A stretch of 64,000 bases of DNA from Lytechinus pictus (Eukaryota). Shown piece by piece: positions 63,558-64,000 of this stretch; the stretch's first letter is position 1; every line of letters begins with the position of its first letter. The notes beneath the pieces were generated by a model. The model was not told the origin of the DNA, searched no databases, and was given only the letters and a program-made list of their open reading frames with translations. The DNA is taken from NCBI RefSeq assembly GCF_037042905.1, contig NC_087260.1, positions 19,592,001 to 19,656,000 on the forward strand, given 5' to 3'. A program made the translations under genes and the position numbers.

Positions 63558-64000
63558 TCAAAATGCATCACAAAACAGGTCTGAACAATCGCAATTTCGC
63601 AATCTTATTCTGGTGATATCATCCAATCGAAAACAGCCATAACATTCTTGTTTCTTCAAAAAATAATTTTGCACTATTGAGATTGAAAGCAGGCTTTCGT
63701 GAGAGCTTTTGAGATCCACTATAGATTCCACGACACGGTGTATTTTTATAGAAGTGGACCTTATTAATTTGTGGATATTCTTATCAGAATTGAAGATGAC
63801 AACTTCTGATTTTCTTTCCTTTACGTATGTGTCATATTGACTTGAATTAAACCAAGTTACCAAGCGAGAAAGTGCAGTGCAAATCGTTTTTGGCCAACCT
63901 AGAGCTCGTTTTATCGAATTCTGCAAGTGTGAATCATCCAGGTTCCTAGCGATTTCAATGTCTTTCTTAGTCTTGGACAAAACTTTTGTTTGAACAATTA
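63558..64000 (-). other. Possible coding or pseudo-coding exon entering from the right edge (weak LRR/NLR-like flavour)
   Basis: At least 140 open codons in AT-rich DNA. The segment ITRIRLRNCDCSDLF loosely fits an LRR LxxLxLxxC pattern. No firm homology. Confidence 0.3.

Overview
AT-rich eukaryotic (metazoan) genomic DNA with several N-gaps. The repeat landscape looks echinoderm/sea-urchin-like, which is an inference. It is not prokaryotic, so most ORF-track entries are spurious or span N-gaps. Well-supported content: (1) the first two coding exons of cullin-3 on the minus strand at the left edge; (2) an intact tRNA-Glu(CTC) gene; (3) an intronless 605-aa ORF (38930-40747) encoding a predicted disordered protein with no recognisable folded domain; (4) a 5'-truncated CR1/L2-type LINE; and (5) many non-autonomous DNA transposons (MITEs) of several superfamilies, plus satellites. 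Three observations stand out. First, two copies of a SINE-like element have a 5' head resembling the Alu domain of 7SL RNA, followed by a B-box and a Deu/Nin-core-like segment, and each copy is interrupted by a different MITE at essentially the same site. Second, the 605-aa protein combines SH2-type Tyr motifs (EPVYEEIP), a PP1 RVxF motif and three Lifeact-like F-actin motifs. Third, a cryptic spliced mini-gene about 4.8 kb upstream shares a 16-codon block with that ORF, and the differences are mostly synonymous.
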